A stretch of 64,000 nt of DNA from Magallana gigas (Eukaryota), in assembly GCF_963853765.1 (NCBI RefSeq), contig NC_088858.1, forward strand, positions 43,276,001-43,340,000, in the 5' to 3' direction. Each line of letters begins with the position of its first letter. Within the stretch, counting starts at the first letter, position 1. The position numbers and the translations under genes are program-made. The notes beneath the pieces were generated by a model that was not told the DNA's origin, ran no database searches, and saw only the letters and a list, made by a program, of their open reading frames with translations. Of the stretch, positions 38,110-50,915 are shown in pieces.

Positions 38110-38720
38110 ATACATGTAGGAAAAAGGTTTAAAGCTTACCATGCAAAGATTTGAATTTCATCAGTATAAAGGCTCATATTTCTGAGGTAAATGAGGCAAA
38201 ACTACACGTTTTGCAACATAGGCGCATTACCTATTCATATATGTCCGATTTATTCGATCGAATCCTCCCACATTTATTTCAAAACATGGGGTTTTTTATT
38301 TTACATATAGAGGTATACTATGTATATATAAAATAATAATTTTTAAAAAACCCTCGCGATTGTCATCGAGTATCATTAAAGATTATACTTAACGAATGAA
38401 GTATGATATATTTGCAGATGGTAACTCAAAATCGATGTTCTAAAAGCAAGAGTCTTGCTTTTATTTCAGAAAATAATCCTTTTAAAACATATCAATAAAG
38501 GTATTACTAAGTAAAACTAGGTCAGAGCTTAATGCGTTGAAATTGATAGGATCTATATTCACCGTTCGGGTGTCGTGTCGATCCTATGAGCATGCACTTT
38601 TTCACACTTTTATCGAACTTTATCAAATTGTATGCAACATGTATATATTCATCAGGTAAATAATAATCTGCAAACACTTCACTTTTATTCACACGAAGCA
38701 TAATTTACAAAGCATGTATT
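38110..38720 (+). repeat. Dispersed repeat, copy 2 of a direct pair
   Basis: Same blocks in the same order and orientation as 35690-36360. Confidence 0.8.
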
Positions 38721-39535
38721 TATTGCTCGTTTCTATCAGTACATACATGTATTTTTACTAATATGGGTGCGGTGTATTAAGGATTTACGGATTTCTATTT
38801 TTTTTTACAATATTTAGCAGAAAATATATTGTCAATCATGTTAACAATAATGCTATATCCACCTATGTGTTCAAGAAGAAAAACATACTTATATAGTATA
38901 CTCAAATTGTGTATGTGTACCATAGGCGCATCTTATTCGCTAGCTGCTCTCTGTGACATATAAATAATACATTTAATATGTGTGTGTGTGTGTGTGCGTG
39001 CGTGCGTGCGTGGAGGGGGGTGTTAAGATTCAGGGGGTGGTCAGAAAAGCTCACCAAGGCTTACCACTCAGATGAGCTAATTAAAGGAGAAAGCAAGTCA
39101 GGATTACCCCCCTCCCCCTCCCCCCCCCCCCAATACACATTTTTTTAATATGTACATACACAGAATTTTTCAAAATATGTTCTTAATGCTAAGTTATTGT
39201 CATAGGTACATGATGTTGAAATATTTCTTTTTATGGATGGCTAGTTCCCGTAACATAGTATTAGCAAAAATACCATTGAAGTACAGGAAATAGATAGGGT
39301 TTTTATTTTATTGTTGAAGTTCAGGAAATTATCTTACTATAGATTTAAATACTTACTGTCATCTTAAATAAAACAGAGAACATTGTACACTAGAACAGCC
39401 TGTTGACAGCATGCTGAGTTGTGTTTGTGTGTGTGTGCATGTGAATGGGGGAGAGGATGGTCTTGAAACAAGGATCACAAAGCCTTTGGAAAATGTTTTC
39501 TCCTAGCTTAATTAAAATCCTAAAAGTAAAACCAG

Positions 39536-39756
39536 GGCTGCGTTTTACAAAAGAACTTACGACAGAGTCGTAAATTTTTTCAGTCTCATGGAATGATATT
39601 TAAGAAATAAAACGTAGACATAACCATATTTATGAAACTACTCTAATGTCCATAATAATATTTTACAGGTATGAAAATGATATATTGATTAGTTAGTTTT
39701 TAATTAGCATTTATTAATTTGGTCGTAAGTCGTAAGTTCTTTTGTAAAACGCAGCC
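39536..39756. mobile_element. PIF/Harbinger-like MITE
   Basis: Perfect TIR ggctgcgttttacaaaagaacttacgac / gtcgtaagttcttttgtaaaacgcagcc with CAG on both flanks. Confidence 0.8.
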
Positions 39757-40658
39757 CAGATGATTTATGAGTAGCAAAGAAAATACACTTATGGATAATA
39801 CAGTACTATACTTATATAATCAATCAATTTATTTCTTTATTTGAAATCAAGATTAAAATCTACATCTAAGTGTGTGCCTCTCCTTTCTTACAGAATGATG
39901 CACAGAGTCACAGACTTGTGGCAAAGTATTTACGTATCTTATTCTGATTACTCAAAGTGTCTTAATTTCAGTATCCACAGTTGAAATTCTGATAAATAAA
40001 ATAAAATAAAATTTTATTTAATGCAACATCTTTACATACAAAAAAGGGGGCAGATATCCAAGTACATACACACCAGTAATACGCATGAATTGTGTTCTAT
40101 ATAGGTATAAAAATGTATTTCCAACATATGAAATATATCTATTCTCATTAAACAATGCAAAAATTCTCGAAATTTGAAACTAACATATGTTGTTTGGCAC
40201 AAAAATTGTTAAAATGTCACTATGTCACAATAGCATAGAAAACATAGTTATATTTATATTAGATCTAAAACAAATCAGGCAGAATTCTATATGTTAACAT
40301 ATCAAATACACGCAGAAGTAGGCAATAATCCATAAACATGTTTCAGCAGATATAATATTAATTATGAATACATGTAATGAAATACTTTTACAGACATATC
40401 TGGAGTTACATAATAGTTAAATATAACAAAAAGGTACCAATACCTGATATATGTGATATGCCATTGCCAATATGAATAAATAAAAAAAATAAACAAAACT
40501 TGTAACAGAAAAAATGTGAAACGTGTTTCATTAGTTAACATTACACTTGTGCATAACACTGCATGAAACTAACGATCAAATAGGTTGCTATATGAATTTC
40601 ACCTACATGATATTTAGGATACAGTTTCACACTACTGTCACTTCAGAAAGTGCCATGC

Positions 40659-41278
40659 CTATCTCATTTCTAAAGACTGGGCATCACGTAGCACTTTCTC
40701 TTCCAGTGAAAAATCGTAAGTAAATCTACAGGCATCAATATCACTGCTTTGGATGGAAGAATAACCATTTGAGACTGATTGATGCATGTCAAAGATAACT
40801 TGTAACTCTGGAGCAACGTCAAAAGGTACTCCACTGATCTCGGTGTGGCTAGATAGGGGTATTGTATTATAGCTCATAGTAGATTCTTGCTGGAAAGTTT
40901 GGCTGGCACTCCTCTCCATATAGTCCATGTAGGTCGGCAGAGGATACTTTGGGTGTCCAACCTACCATTTAAAATAAAAATTTACTTTTATTTTATATGT
41001 TTCTGATAAAAGGAAAATGAATCTCTCTCTCTCTACTCTTTCTCTCTCTCTCTACTGTCTGTCTGTCTCTCTCTTTCTCATAGTACCTGGTTATAATCTG
41101 GTGGGGTATCTCCAGTGAAATCACTGGCATACACGGTGGTTCTTTCACTCTCTGTTTCAGCTACCATCAGGAACCCGTCCTCCTCTCTGTCGGATGCCCC
41201 TGCTGTTTGCTGATTGGTCACGCCCGTCTGAGACGTCTGTGTTTGAAAAGGTCGAATAACTGCTTGGAAGATGTTCAT
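40659..41278 (-). CDS. UMAD1: UBAP1-MVB12-associated (UMA) domain-containing protein 1, 164 aa
   Basis: Exons 41278-41087 and 40961-40659 (phase 0). EEDGFLMVAET, ISGVPFDVAPEL and RFTYDFSLEEKVL correspond to vertebrate UMAD1 EADGFVLLGDT, LSDVPFTLAPHV and RFWYDFTLENSVL. Confidence 0.88.
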
Positions 41279-42237
41279 GCTTAGAAATTCTAATTATTCT
41301 GAAAGCAATTAATATTCAGTTAATAACAAAATGATATCATCACTTCATGTCATTCTTGAATTCATAAAAATTTTGAAGAAGATATCATCTTTATCAGATG
41401 TCAGAAAAATATGTCAGATGCATACTGTTACATATTAAATTTGATACTTGGAACTGAGTACTTGTCTTAATATAATACATTTACTATTATCCGATTCAAA
41501 TAAACTTTAGTTGAGATGCCAATTAATTCAAGTAATTTTCATTCATCAATCTATCCTTATTTAGTTTTACATTGATTCACTTTTGTTATCTTTTCTCAAA
41601 TTAAAGACAATATTGCTTTAATTTCTTGACTTGTTAGTTGACTTAAATAAAATAAACAAAAAATATTGAACTGAAGTATTCCTTATTGACTCTTATGTTC
41701 ATGAAATTGTATTGTATACTAATATTGTATCTGTTGCATTTGTATTGAATTGTTTATTTCTTCATGGCCCTATTTAATATAACGTTAAGCATTATTAAAT
41801 GTAGTTGTGTACTGGAAGTCACAAACTTCAAAGTTATAAAACTGTAATCGACCCTGAAACAATGTATTGAATTATATTTTTGAAACATCTGTTTCAAGTG
41901 ACACTTGTGCGATATTGAACACTTTAATCTTGAACAATGACAAACTATTTGAAACTAAAGCTTCAAATTATTTGTAACTGCTGTTAGTCCTATTGGAGTC
42001 TTGTAACAATACATTACGGCAATTATATACTACATATTTCGATAATTCTATCATGGTATGTACAGTGTAGGTGTGTATGAACAAAACACAAAAAGATAAC
42101 CCACGTTATCGTTATGCAGCTGTTATGTATATTCTGATAATGAAAATAACTTGGTAATTTAAGTAACTTGTGAACTTCGGGAGGAATATCTTTTTCAATA
42201 TTAGTGAATGATATACACATTTCTTACCTGTCATCCA

Positions 42238-42409
42238 CTCAAAGAATACACTAGTGACTTTTAAAACGATCCATCTATTGCAACATTTACTTTATAACAC
42301 GTTTCATTTGGTTGATGGTTTGTTGTTGTTTCGATGAGTAATCTAAAATCGAAAGTAGAAAGTAGCATACTTTACAAAACCAAATCTAACTAATGTTCCG
42401 GAAAAGTTG
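42238..42409 (-). promoter_or_regulatory. Putative non-coding first exon and promoter motifs of UMAD1
   Basis: Donor CAG|GTAAGA at 42238/42237; matching acceptor ttgctttcag at 41300/41299, 20 nt before the ATG; motifs caaaaccaaatc (42375-42386) and ttccggaaaagttg (42396-42409). Confidence 0.5.
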
Positions 42410-43517
42410 ACCCCGAAACTAAATAAATATTAATGAATATTTTAAAAGGTAAAAAATTATCTTTAAATTTGATAAAGTTGGTAAGTATACTACTTTTAAT
42501 AGCATCGAGTACAACAATTTTTTTTCAATGATTGCCATTTTATTATTTGGCATTTGTATACTTTTGGCGTTCTTTGTATCATATGTATTTATCTCTTGAG
42601 AAGTGGACAGGCCTAGCCTACATCCACATATATTATATAACAAAGTATTTTATGATACTATATCCTATCACAAAATATTGTACATATTGTAACATATGAT
42701 ATTATATTGTAATATTTTCGTCCCGAAGGGGCTAATATATCGATCAATGTTGCCCGAAAAAGTCAACATTTGTTTTGTTATATGAAGAAACAAACCAAAA
42801 TTTACGAAAGTTATAAAAACAGATCGCCGTGATTTTCTCAGCTCAACAAAGAATTCACGATTTAATTTGTGCAAAGTTCATATCCAAAGGATCCTCAGCA
42901 TCAAACGGTCACTGGTGATATTCCGCCGACCGTAAAAATTACATTACAATTATTGACTATTCGTCTATATAGAGTAATATACCGAGAATATACTACTGAA
43001 TATAACAATATACAATATCATATCATATAACTTTTTACAATATAATGTATATTATTATATTGAACCATATAAAACAAAAGTTTTTCATATCATGCAATAC
43101 TATATCATAGGAATCATGTTATATCACTTAACAACAAACACATCTATCGAGCAGGTTTGAGTGAGGTGGGAGATTTTTTTTAGCATCCTTGATAATGGAG
43201 ATCTGCATCTGAAGCTACCTCTTTAATTCATGAATATTACAGTTAAATCAATTATGCAAGCTTTTATCTTTAAAACATGTGACCTGTTTCAAAAAACTTT
43301 CCCTCATTCAGCATCCGAAACCTATGGCTCAGATTCAGCATTCAAGCCTGTCGAGTGCATCAGTATCATAAGACACACCATCCATGCAAGTTTGGTGAAG
43401 TTAGAACCAGTAATAACTAAGCTATATTTTTAGCGTCCTCGATAATGGAGATCAGGCTCTGCATCTACCTCTGCCATTCATTTACATATATATTAGAGTT
43501 AGATCAACTATGCAAGT

Positions 43518-43778
43518 TAGAACCATTTTAACAAGGCCTTGGACTTTCAGTAGGATGTAAATATCTATTTCTTGCGTCAAAACAAGTTAAAATGACGCTT
43601 CGCTGGTTTCAAGCGAAATATACACCGATTACGCAGCCTTCGCTCAAAAGCCAGACAAATCTAATTGATTTCAAATAGCCATTACTGAGTGGCCAGCAAT
43701 GAAATAGACAGGCCTACGTCACACTGCCGATTGACACAACTAGTACCCGAAGTCCAAGCTCTTGTTAAAATGGTTCTA
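43518..43778. mobile_element. MITE family B, most complete copy (261 bp)
   Basis: TIR tagaaccattttaacaaggccttggact / agtccaagctcttgttaaaatggttcta with TA at both ends. Confidence 0.85.
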
Positions 43779-45401
43779 ATACCTGCTTGTTATAGTACTA
43801 TTTTCCGGTCCGTTCCGCGTTTTAGCAACACCCGGTGAAGATAGGACAAGTTACAATTTAGATACAGGACCTGCAACAAAAACTTTAACCAGGTGCGGAC
43901 GCCGACGCCGAGGGTATAGCATAAGCTCCTCCGGCTTCGTCTCGGTAAGCTAAAAATGATAATTTTAAATTCAATGTTTCCAAAGTTCTGTGATATATAA
44001 TAATCATTTAAAACAAAGAATCCCGAAAAATTTATAGGAAGAGAATAATTAAAATCCATCCATGTTCGTGACTTTTTCAAATATTATCACTAAGCCTAAA
44101 AAACTTTCAATGAAATAAAGAAAGGTACAGCGCCTTTTCCCATTATTTCGCCTTCACTCACATTTCAAAACCTGTGTACTGATTTTATAATGATGTCTGT
44201 GACCACTGGTTTGTTATAAATTCAGGAAACCTGCATCTAGATATGAATAAATAGAACTTTGGGTAATTAGTCAGTAGATATTCTGAAGTGGGATACATGT
44301 AAAACTTCCAGCAAATTTCAATGAATTTAAGTATTAACTGAGTATAGTGTTATTGAAGAGATCTGTTATATTTAGTATGCTCATACTCAGAATTAAACAA
44401 TGGAATTTGAGAAAGAAAACAGCAGATTAGATTCATGTAATTTAAAAGACCTACGCGTCACCACTAGCCCATGTATAATACACTTTAATAGGATGTCTTT
44501 GCAATATCTGGGGCTATATACATGTACATGGTTGTATTAGAAAAGTCACAAACTGAAACATGTGTCTCATTTTCAGTACGAAGACCACGTTAAAACAAAA
44601 TTAATACAACGTAACCATGTACTACATGCACAATACCTGTAGAACGTAAGTTTAATCAAAGTGGCTCAAAAGTCAAATATCCAACATTTTATTGCAAACA
44701 ATTTCCTATACATCCCTAACAACACCTGAAGATTTTTAATGATGTCGTGTAAGATAACTGACTGAATGGTTATATATGTTGCGTTTCTTTGCCTAACTTA
44801 ATATTGTATGATATTGAAAATGTGTGATAATTGCAAAAGCGCTAGTATATTGTATAGGCGAAACCGTATATTAAGTGTGTTACTTCTTCAAACGGTTATA
44901 GGAAATAGCATAACCCCAAGAGGGTCAAGTTTCTCTTTAGCAACAGCCTTTTTCAATTACATTTTGTTGTCTATGGATGGATAAAGGTTATGTCTGTCTA
45001 CTTAGTGTGATGCTGGGGTGCGAATCCTCCCAATACTAATACATGTATTATCAATACCTATCTAAATTCGTTTTATAAATAAACTTGTATAAACATATAT
45101 CAACAAATTCATTAAAAAACATGCGCTTGTCATAAGACAGGCAGGTTTGAACAAATATAAACAAAAACATAGTGTGCTTCAATACCTGTACTGCTTCACG
45201 TATGAATACTAATCAATAGAAAACAAATATAAACATGGTTAATATTGCCATTATACAATATTGCCATTATACATGTATTTGAACACAATTTGAGAACTTG
45301 AATTTTTTTTATATCTGATGATCAATGTTGATACTAACAAAAAAATTCATAATTATACATTACAAATATATCTCTGTCTGCTGGTACATGTATACATGTA
45401 T

Positions 45402-48139
45402 CTATTTTGACGATGACAACTGTCTGTTTTTTCTTAATTGTTTAAATTCCTCGAATTTTTTCTGTTTTTGCTGCCTTTGTCTGTAAGCTCTGTCATGCTT
45501 TTGAAGTTCCTCCTCTGTTTCACTTCCTGAGCCATCACTCTCAGCCTCACTTTCACACCCTGAACTACTTTCACTTTCACTTGATTCACTGGAAACAACA
45601 ATGCTGCCTTGAACTTTCTCTACAGAGGCACAATAAACAGAAAGTTCCTCATCACTCTCAGTTATAACCACTTCTGCTCCTGAGTCTGTGTGCTCAAATG
45701 CTTTAACATCTGAATTTGATTGCTGCTCTACTGATGCAATTGAACTGGATGGACTGTTGTTAGAATTTGCAGTGGCACCCAAGTTGTGACAGCTCTCATT
45801 CTGGGGAGATTTGTTGTCATTGTCATTTTCTTCCACTTCTGTGTCAGAATCACTAGATTCTATCACATTGCTTTTATACTTGGTCTTCTTCAATTTCAAG
45901 CCAGACAATGGTGAATTTGACCTTGAACCATTGTCTTCAGTCACCTTTGAACTTCCTTTACCTAAACTTCCTTCATCAGCTGAATCATTCTGTAATGGCT
46001 GACAAGAATCACTTTCTTCGGAATCAGAGTCACTGTTCTTTGGAAGTAATCTTCTTCTGTATCCTTTAATTCGACTTGGGTGTGGTGTTTCCTATAAAAA
46101 AAAAAAATTATCACGCATGTGTATCATTATTGTGCCTATGCAATTAGAACATCCAGTTGATAGGATTTGATAGGAAAATATTTATTGCAATAAATCTCAA
46201 TTAATTTAATAAAAAAATATCTCAAGTATAATTAAAAATGAATTATCAATAACATATCAAAGATTAACTTGCAATGGTAATGACACATTTATTTCAATAA
46301 TTTATGAAAACCGACATATACAATACATACATCCGATTCTTCATCACTCTCTTCTTCATCATTAATGAATTCATCAATGTCATCACTGTCATAATAACCA
46401 TCTTCAAATATCTCATATCGATCAGCATTATACCTATTTGTTCTGAAATAATTAATGTTTCCCATTTAAATATCACTTCCTAATGTCTCATTTATAGGAA
46501 AAAAAACAACGAGGAGCATTTATCAATATATATATTGAGTTACACTTTGGTGAAGTCGTTGACGCTTTTCGGTGGAGTTATTGATTTTATCTTCTCTGTC
46601 GAAGGAATGTCTTTCCAGATGTCATCCTTTTTAGGCATGGCAAACTTTTTTTTGTTTCTTATTCTCTCTGAACTTCTTGAATGCTACAGTTGAAAAACAT
46701 AAACAATCCATGTTTAATTATCATCAAAATTTTAAAAATAAATTGAAAATGTTTTTTGGAGACTATATCTACCTTTTTGAATATGGGTTTCTAACTTACA
46801 CATGTAATTAGTCCTACTTTACAGTACTATCTATTCTTTAAATATTATAAAATGCCTTTTTAGAATACATGTTTAGAGTATTTATCATGCACTCATAACA
46901 ATGGATTTATTCCCTTATTTTTCAACTAGGAAGAAGTTTTTTTTTCAGAGCTGTTAAGAAACCACATCCTATAATTATTCATGCCTGCCAAGGTATTGAT
47001 CAGTATTCAATACATTCTGGTTTAGACTTCTAATACAGAGTTAATTTTGATAAAGGAATATTTTGTACCATCATGAATAGTGATATACTGAATGTCCATA
47101 TTGTATCTAACGTAGTGAATAAAAAAAAATAAAAACTTCAAGAGCTTGGAAAATTACATATTGTAGGTACTACATGTATTAAAATATCAAATTTTTAATG
47201 GGGGCATGGTCATGTTTTTTATTAAATTTTACTTTTAAAGTTTAAATATATACAAGTACAATGCTTTTATTAGTGAAGTATTTTCAATGATCATCAAAAA
47301 TGACACAGTCATCTGTCAAGTTCTAAGCCAAAAATAGAGATCATAATTTAAAACTTTATAGGTAAAGAAGACTAATGCAGTTATGCATTTCTTGTGCAAT
47401 GCTACCTTCACCTCTGCATCTGAATCACCAAAGAAAACATTTTACTGTTTTAATATATGGTTGCAGAATAATATTAGTCATCTGTTGCATGATAGGAAAA
47501 AGGTTACCATGTGAAATGTGTCTTAATATAAATAATTTTAAATTATATCTAGTTCTGCAATATCAAAAGATGCATTTTTCTTGGAGCCCTTTTTTGCCTG
47601 AAAAGTGTTCATGTTGTAATAACATATAAATACTACATGTGAAAATATCTATATAAAAAAATACTAATGAAAAAATACCTGGTGAGATTATTTTAGTGTG
47701 ATGAAAGATAACATGTATTAAAGGGCCTACATCATACAGAAAATAAAATAAAGTTTATATTTACAACCTTGATAAATGTCTATTTTCATTTTAACAGTTT
47801 AAGCCTGAAAAGTGAAGACCCGTGCCTGCAGTGTTTCTATATTTGTGCAAAAATGTTGCAGTAAGTATAATTAGAAATATTCTGTAAGGTTTACACTATA
47901 TAGAGAGGTTATAGGTTAAAATTGTGTTTAAACCAGACTGCTGTACATTTGTGCATATATCTGCTGCATTTAACTGTGTATATTTTTCCAGTTACCGCAG
48001 AACGTTTTGCGCACGATGTTTCTGGTGTCTGCTGATCACAAGAGGTGTCCTCTTCGCTGCTTACAACATCACTGCAACTCCTTTCACTTATTTTCCTCTT
48101 TTTCTTGAGAGAACTGAAAAATTCTTCGTCTGAAGACAT
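45402..48139 (-). CDS. Uncharacterised acidic, Ser-rich nuclear-type protein, 361 aa (loosely CCDC82-like)
   Basis: Exons 48139-47996, 46683-46544, 46442-46331, 46091-45402 with phases 0/2/0 consistent. Features: KKKRK NLS-like motif, YYDSDDIDEFINDEEE, SD/SE tracts, basic C-terminal helix QKQKKFEEFKQLRKNR. Confidence 0.75.
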
Positions 48140-48362
48140 TGCGGAAACAAACCACTTCTAACGAATTTTAGAGATACTGACGCGCAAAACGTAATATTCC
48201 GGATTAACACGTTCTGTGGTTTGATTGTTTATTTTCAAGAATGTTTGTTTGTTTAACTGTATGTTGTTTTTTTTTAAATTTTGTTTATTTAGAATGTTTT
48301 TGGGCAATACGTAGGGTTGCTTTATTGTATTTTTCATTCAAATATATTCTGATACAAAATTA

Positions 48363-48543
48363 NNNNNNNNNNNNNNNNNNNNNNNNNNNNNNNNNNNNNN
48401 NNNNNNNNNNNNNNNNNNNNNNNNNNNNNNNNNNNNNNNNNNNNNNNNNNNNNNNNNNNNNNNNNNNNNNNNNNNNNNNNNNNNNNNNNNNNNNNNNNNN
48501 NNNNNNNNNNNNNNNNNNNNNNNNNNNNNNNNNNNNNNNNNNN
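48363..48543. other. Assembly gap (181 N)
   Basis: Run of n. Confidence 1.
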
Positions 48544-48692
48544 NGAAAAATGTGTGAGATTTCTTTTTGGGTTTTTTTTTACCCACAATTTCTATGGATG
48601 TCGGGAATCATTTTTTTTTTTATGTTTACATTCCACATATTTTTTGCTTGTCAAGTGTGTTGAAAGCTATGGCAGTTATGAATGTAAATATA

Positions 48693-48849
48693 AGCATTAA
48701 ATCATGATTTTTTGAAGTATACAGTCTCACAACTGCAGCGATGTGTGCATACAAATTTTCATAATGCGCTAACGCGCCTTACTCAATTTGTATGCACACA
48801 CCACTGCAGTTATGAGACTGTATACTTCAAAAAATCATGATTCAATGCT
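48693..48849. mobile_element. Long palindromic hairpin element between divergent genes
   Basis: About 65-bp inverted arms agcattaaatcatgattttttgaagtatacagtctcacaactgcagcgatgtgtgcatacaaatt / near-complement, around a central gcgctaacgcgc. Confidence 0.85.
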
Positions 48850-48922
48850 ATATTATGATCCAAACTACATTTACATAATTATCTCTTTAGTCATAATGTA
48901 ATGTCGTCACAGTGCGAATCCG

Positions 48923-50915
48923 ATGACGTCACAATTGGAACAGAAACTTCACAACGAAGTAAGGAGCTAGGTAGAAGCACACAAGTTTGGTATTGAAAAA
49001 ACACAGAGAATGGAGCGAGACGGTAAAGATATTTTGCGAAGACTGAATTCGGACAAGCTGATGGTATGGCGATGGATGAACATGTGTCAAATATACGCAT
49101 AAATCTATTGCATATTATATTGATTGGCCATGGTTAGCTATGAAATTCTTACATAGAGTACTGTAAGATTAGTGCACATATTATTTTATAATTTTTATTG
49201 TTTGGTTTACCATTTTATTCTTCATATCAAACTCGCGTAATCGTTTCTTTGGTGTTTCATAAGACACCTAACTTTCTCGTAAAAAATTATATTACTATAC
49301 ATGTATCTATATCATACACACCCATATAATGACAATATAGCTAAAAATTAAAAAAAAATCTTTTTTTTTTTTTTTTTTTTTTTTTGCTGATAGTCCCCCA
49401 CGCCTGAAATGCTTCGAGAGTTACCCCTCTCTGACATTGGCGAACGGGCAGAGAGATACCACAGAATCGTGAGTCTACTCACCTGTATTTTCATGGTCAT
49501 CTTTTTCTTTAATTCTTCGCTAGAAGATATTTAATTGATTGGCTTCGGTTTAAAGAAAGCCACTGTGGGCATCTGCCTAACTTCCTTGCTTTAATCGTTT
49601 TAGATGATGGCAAGAACTAGGACACAGATACTGCTTATGGACAATTTATGCCAGCAAAGGGGCCTAAATATGAAGGTTATTACAAAGTATTTTATTTCTC
49701 GTAAATAATTCTAATTTAAACTAATCAAATCAAATACATTTGAATAAAATAAATAATATTTATTCCGCATTCTTTCTTCTTCAGAAAATCCTGGAAAGAC
49801 AACGTTGGGAGAGAACTCCTGAATCGGTAAAACTTTTGAGGATGCAAAATTCCAATATCAATCTGTGTAGTTTTGAAAATTATCTATTAAAAATTGTTGG
49901 TTAATAATGTTTGTTTGATTTTGCAGGATTTGGGACCACTTGTTGGCCTAAAACACGAAGCCGAAGACGATCTAGAGAGGATCAAGTTAAGGATCATCAA
50001 GCCTTCCAAGGTTTGTATTTTTCATTCTTATATGATATTAAGATTTTCTTGAAACGGATAATAGTGAGACCGAGTCATTGTTACAACATACCATAACATT
50101 TCTTTTCCCCTCATACAGAAAAGAAGCTCGGGACATTCTGCCGATGACCGCGTGGCGTCCTTTTACAGACTGAACGCTGACGATGAGAAGGTAACATGAT
50201 GGAGCGTTGAATACTGAAATCTGATTGGTGTAGACGCATTTGATAATCCGTTCTATTACCCTTAGCGTTAGCAACACACTTGCATGGCAACGGGTAACAC
50301 AACGAATTGTTACATGCGCATAAACTATGCGCGTACGGTTCGCCATAAAATTCATGTCATTTACATAATTACAAAAAGCATTAAAGTTTTTTTTTTAGTT
50401 AAGACATTCAGTATAATAAAATAGTGCCTCGAAAACCATTGTCAACCTCCGCTTCGAGTCGGTTGACAATGGTTTTCTCGGGGTGTCAATTTCAACTCTT
50501 ACCCTTCTAAACACCAGGCACCAAATTTGTATTTATATGATGTCATCAAATAAAAATATGAAAAACCAAAACATCATGACTTGTCTCAATGTAAAATCTG
50601 TTTGGTTCTTTTACTATAAAGGACAACCTGCACGAATATAATGATGGCTGTGAAGACTTGTTCAGAGATTCCCAAAATGATGGGAGCAAAACCAAGGAGG
50701 ACAGCAAGGTATACATGTATATGCACTGTGTACTTAATTAACGTGTTAAAACCACGGTTTTTCATTATGATATGCATGCAATGTTACGCAGATAAAATGA
50801 ATTTAAACAATTTTTTTTCTTTAATATACAGGAACCACAAAAGAAAAGAAAATCGTGGAAGAAACGATTGCTGAAACTGTTTAGCTGGTGCAGTGGCTCA
50901 GCAGAGAAAAACTAG
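48923..50915 (+). CDS. Uncharacterised small protein (about 200 aa) encoded by all-phase-0 mini-exons
   Basis: Exons 48923-48958, 49007-49063, 49394-49468, 49604-49675, 49785-49826, 49927-50010, 50119-50190, 50622-50708, 50832-50915. All are GT-AG and open in phase 0, ending EPQKKRKSWKKRLLKLFSWCSGSAEKN*. AATAAA at 51014. The 5' end is ambiguous. Confidence 0.8.
50404..50490. mobile_element. Palindromic hairpin element in an intron of the mini-exon gene
   Basis: 17-bp perfect arms gaaaaccattgtcaacc (50431-50447) / ggttgacaatggttttc (50461-50477) around tc-cgcttcgag-tc. Confidence 0.75.

Noticed and set aside
43190-43517. Satellite array (two about 70-bp related blocks 250 bp apart)
   Set aside because: Only two degenerate copies are present, too little to define a unit or family.
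46544-46683. Frameshift in the poly-A run of acidic-gene exon 2 (alternative frame AFKKFRENKKQKK)
   Set aside because: The phase-0 frame is open throughout and matches both flanking exon phases, so no indel is needed.
48241-48663. ORFs spanning the N-gap (also 62410-62730)
   Set aside because: Open only because N codons contain no stops.
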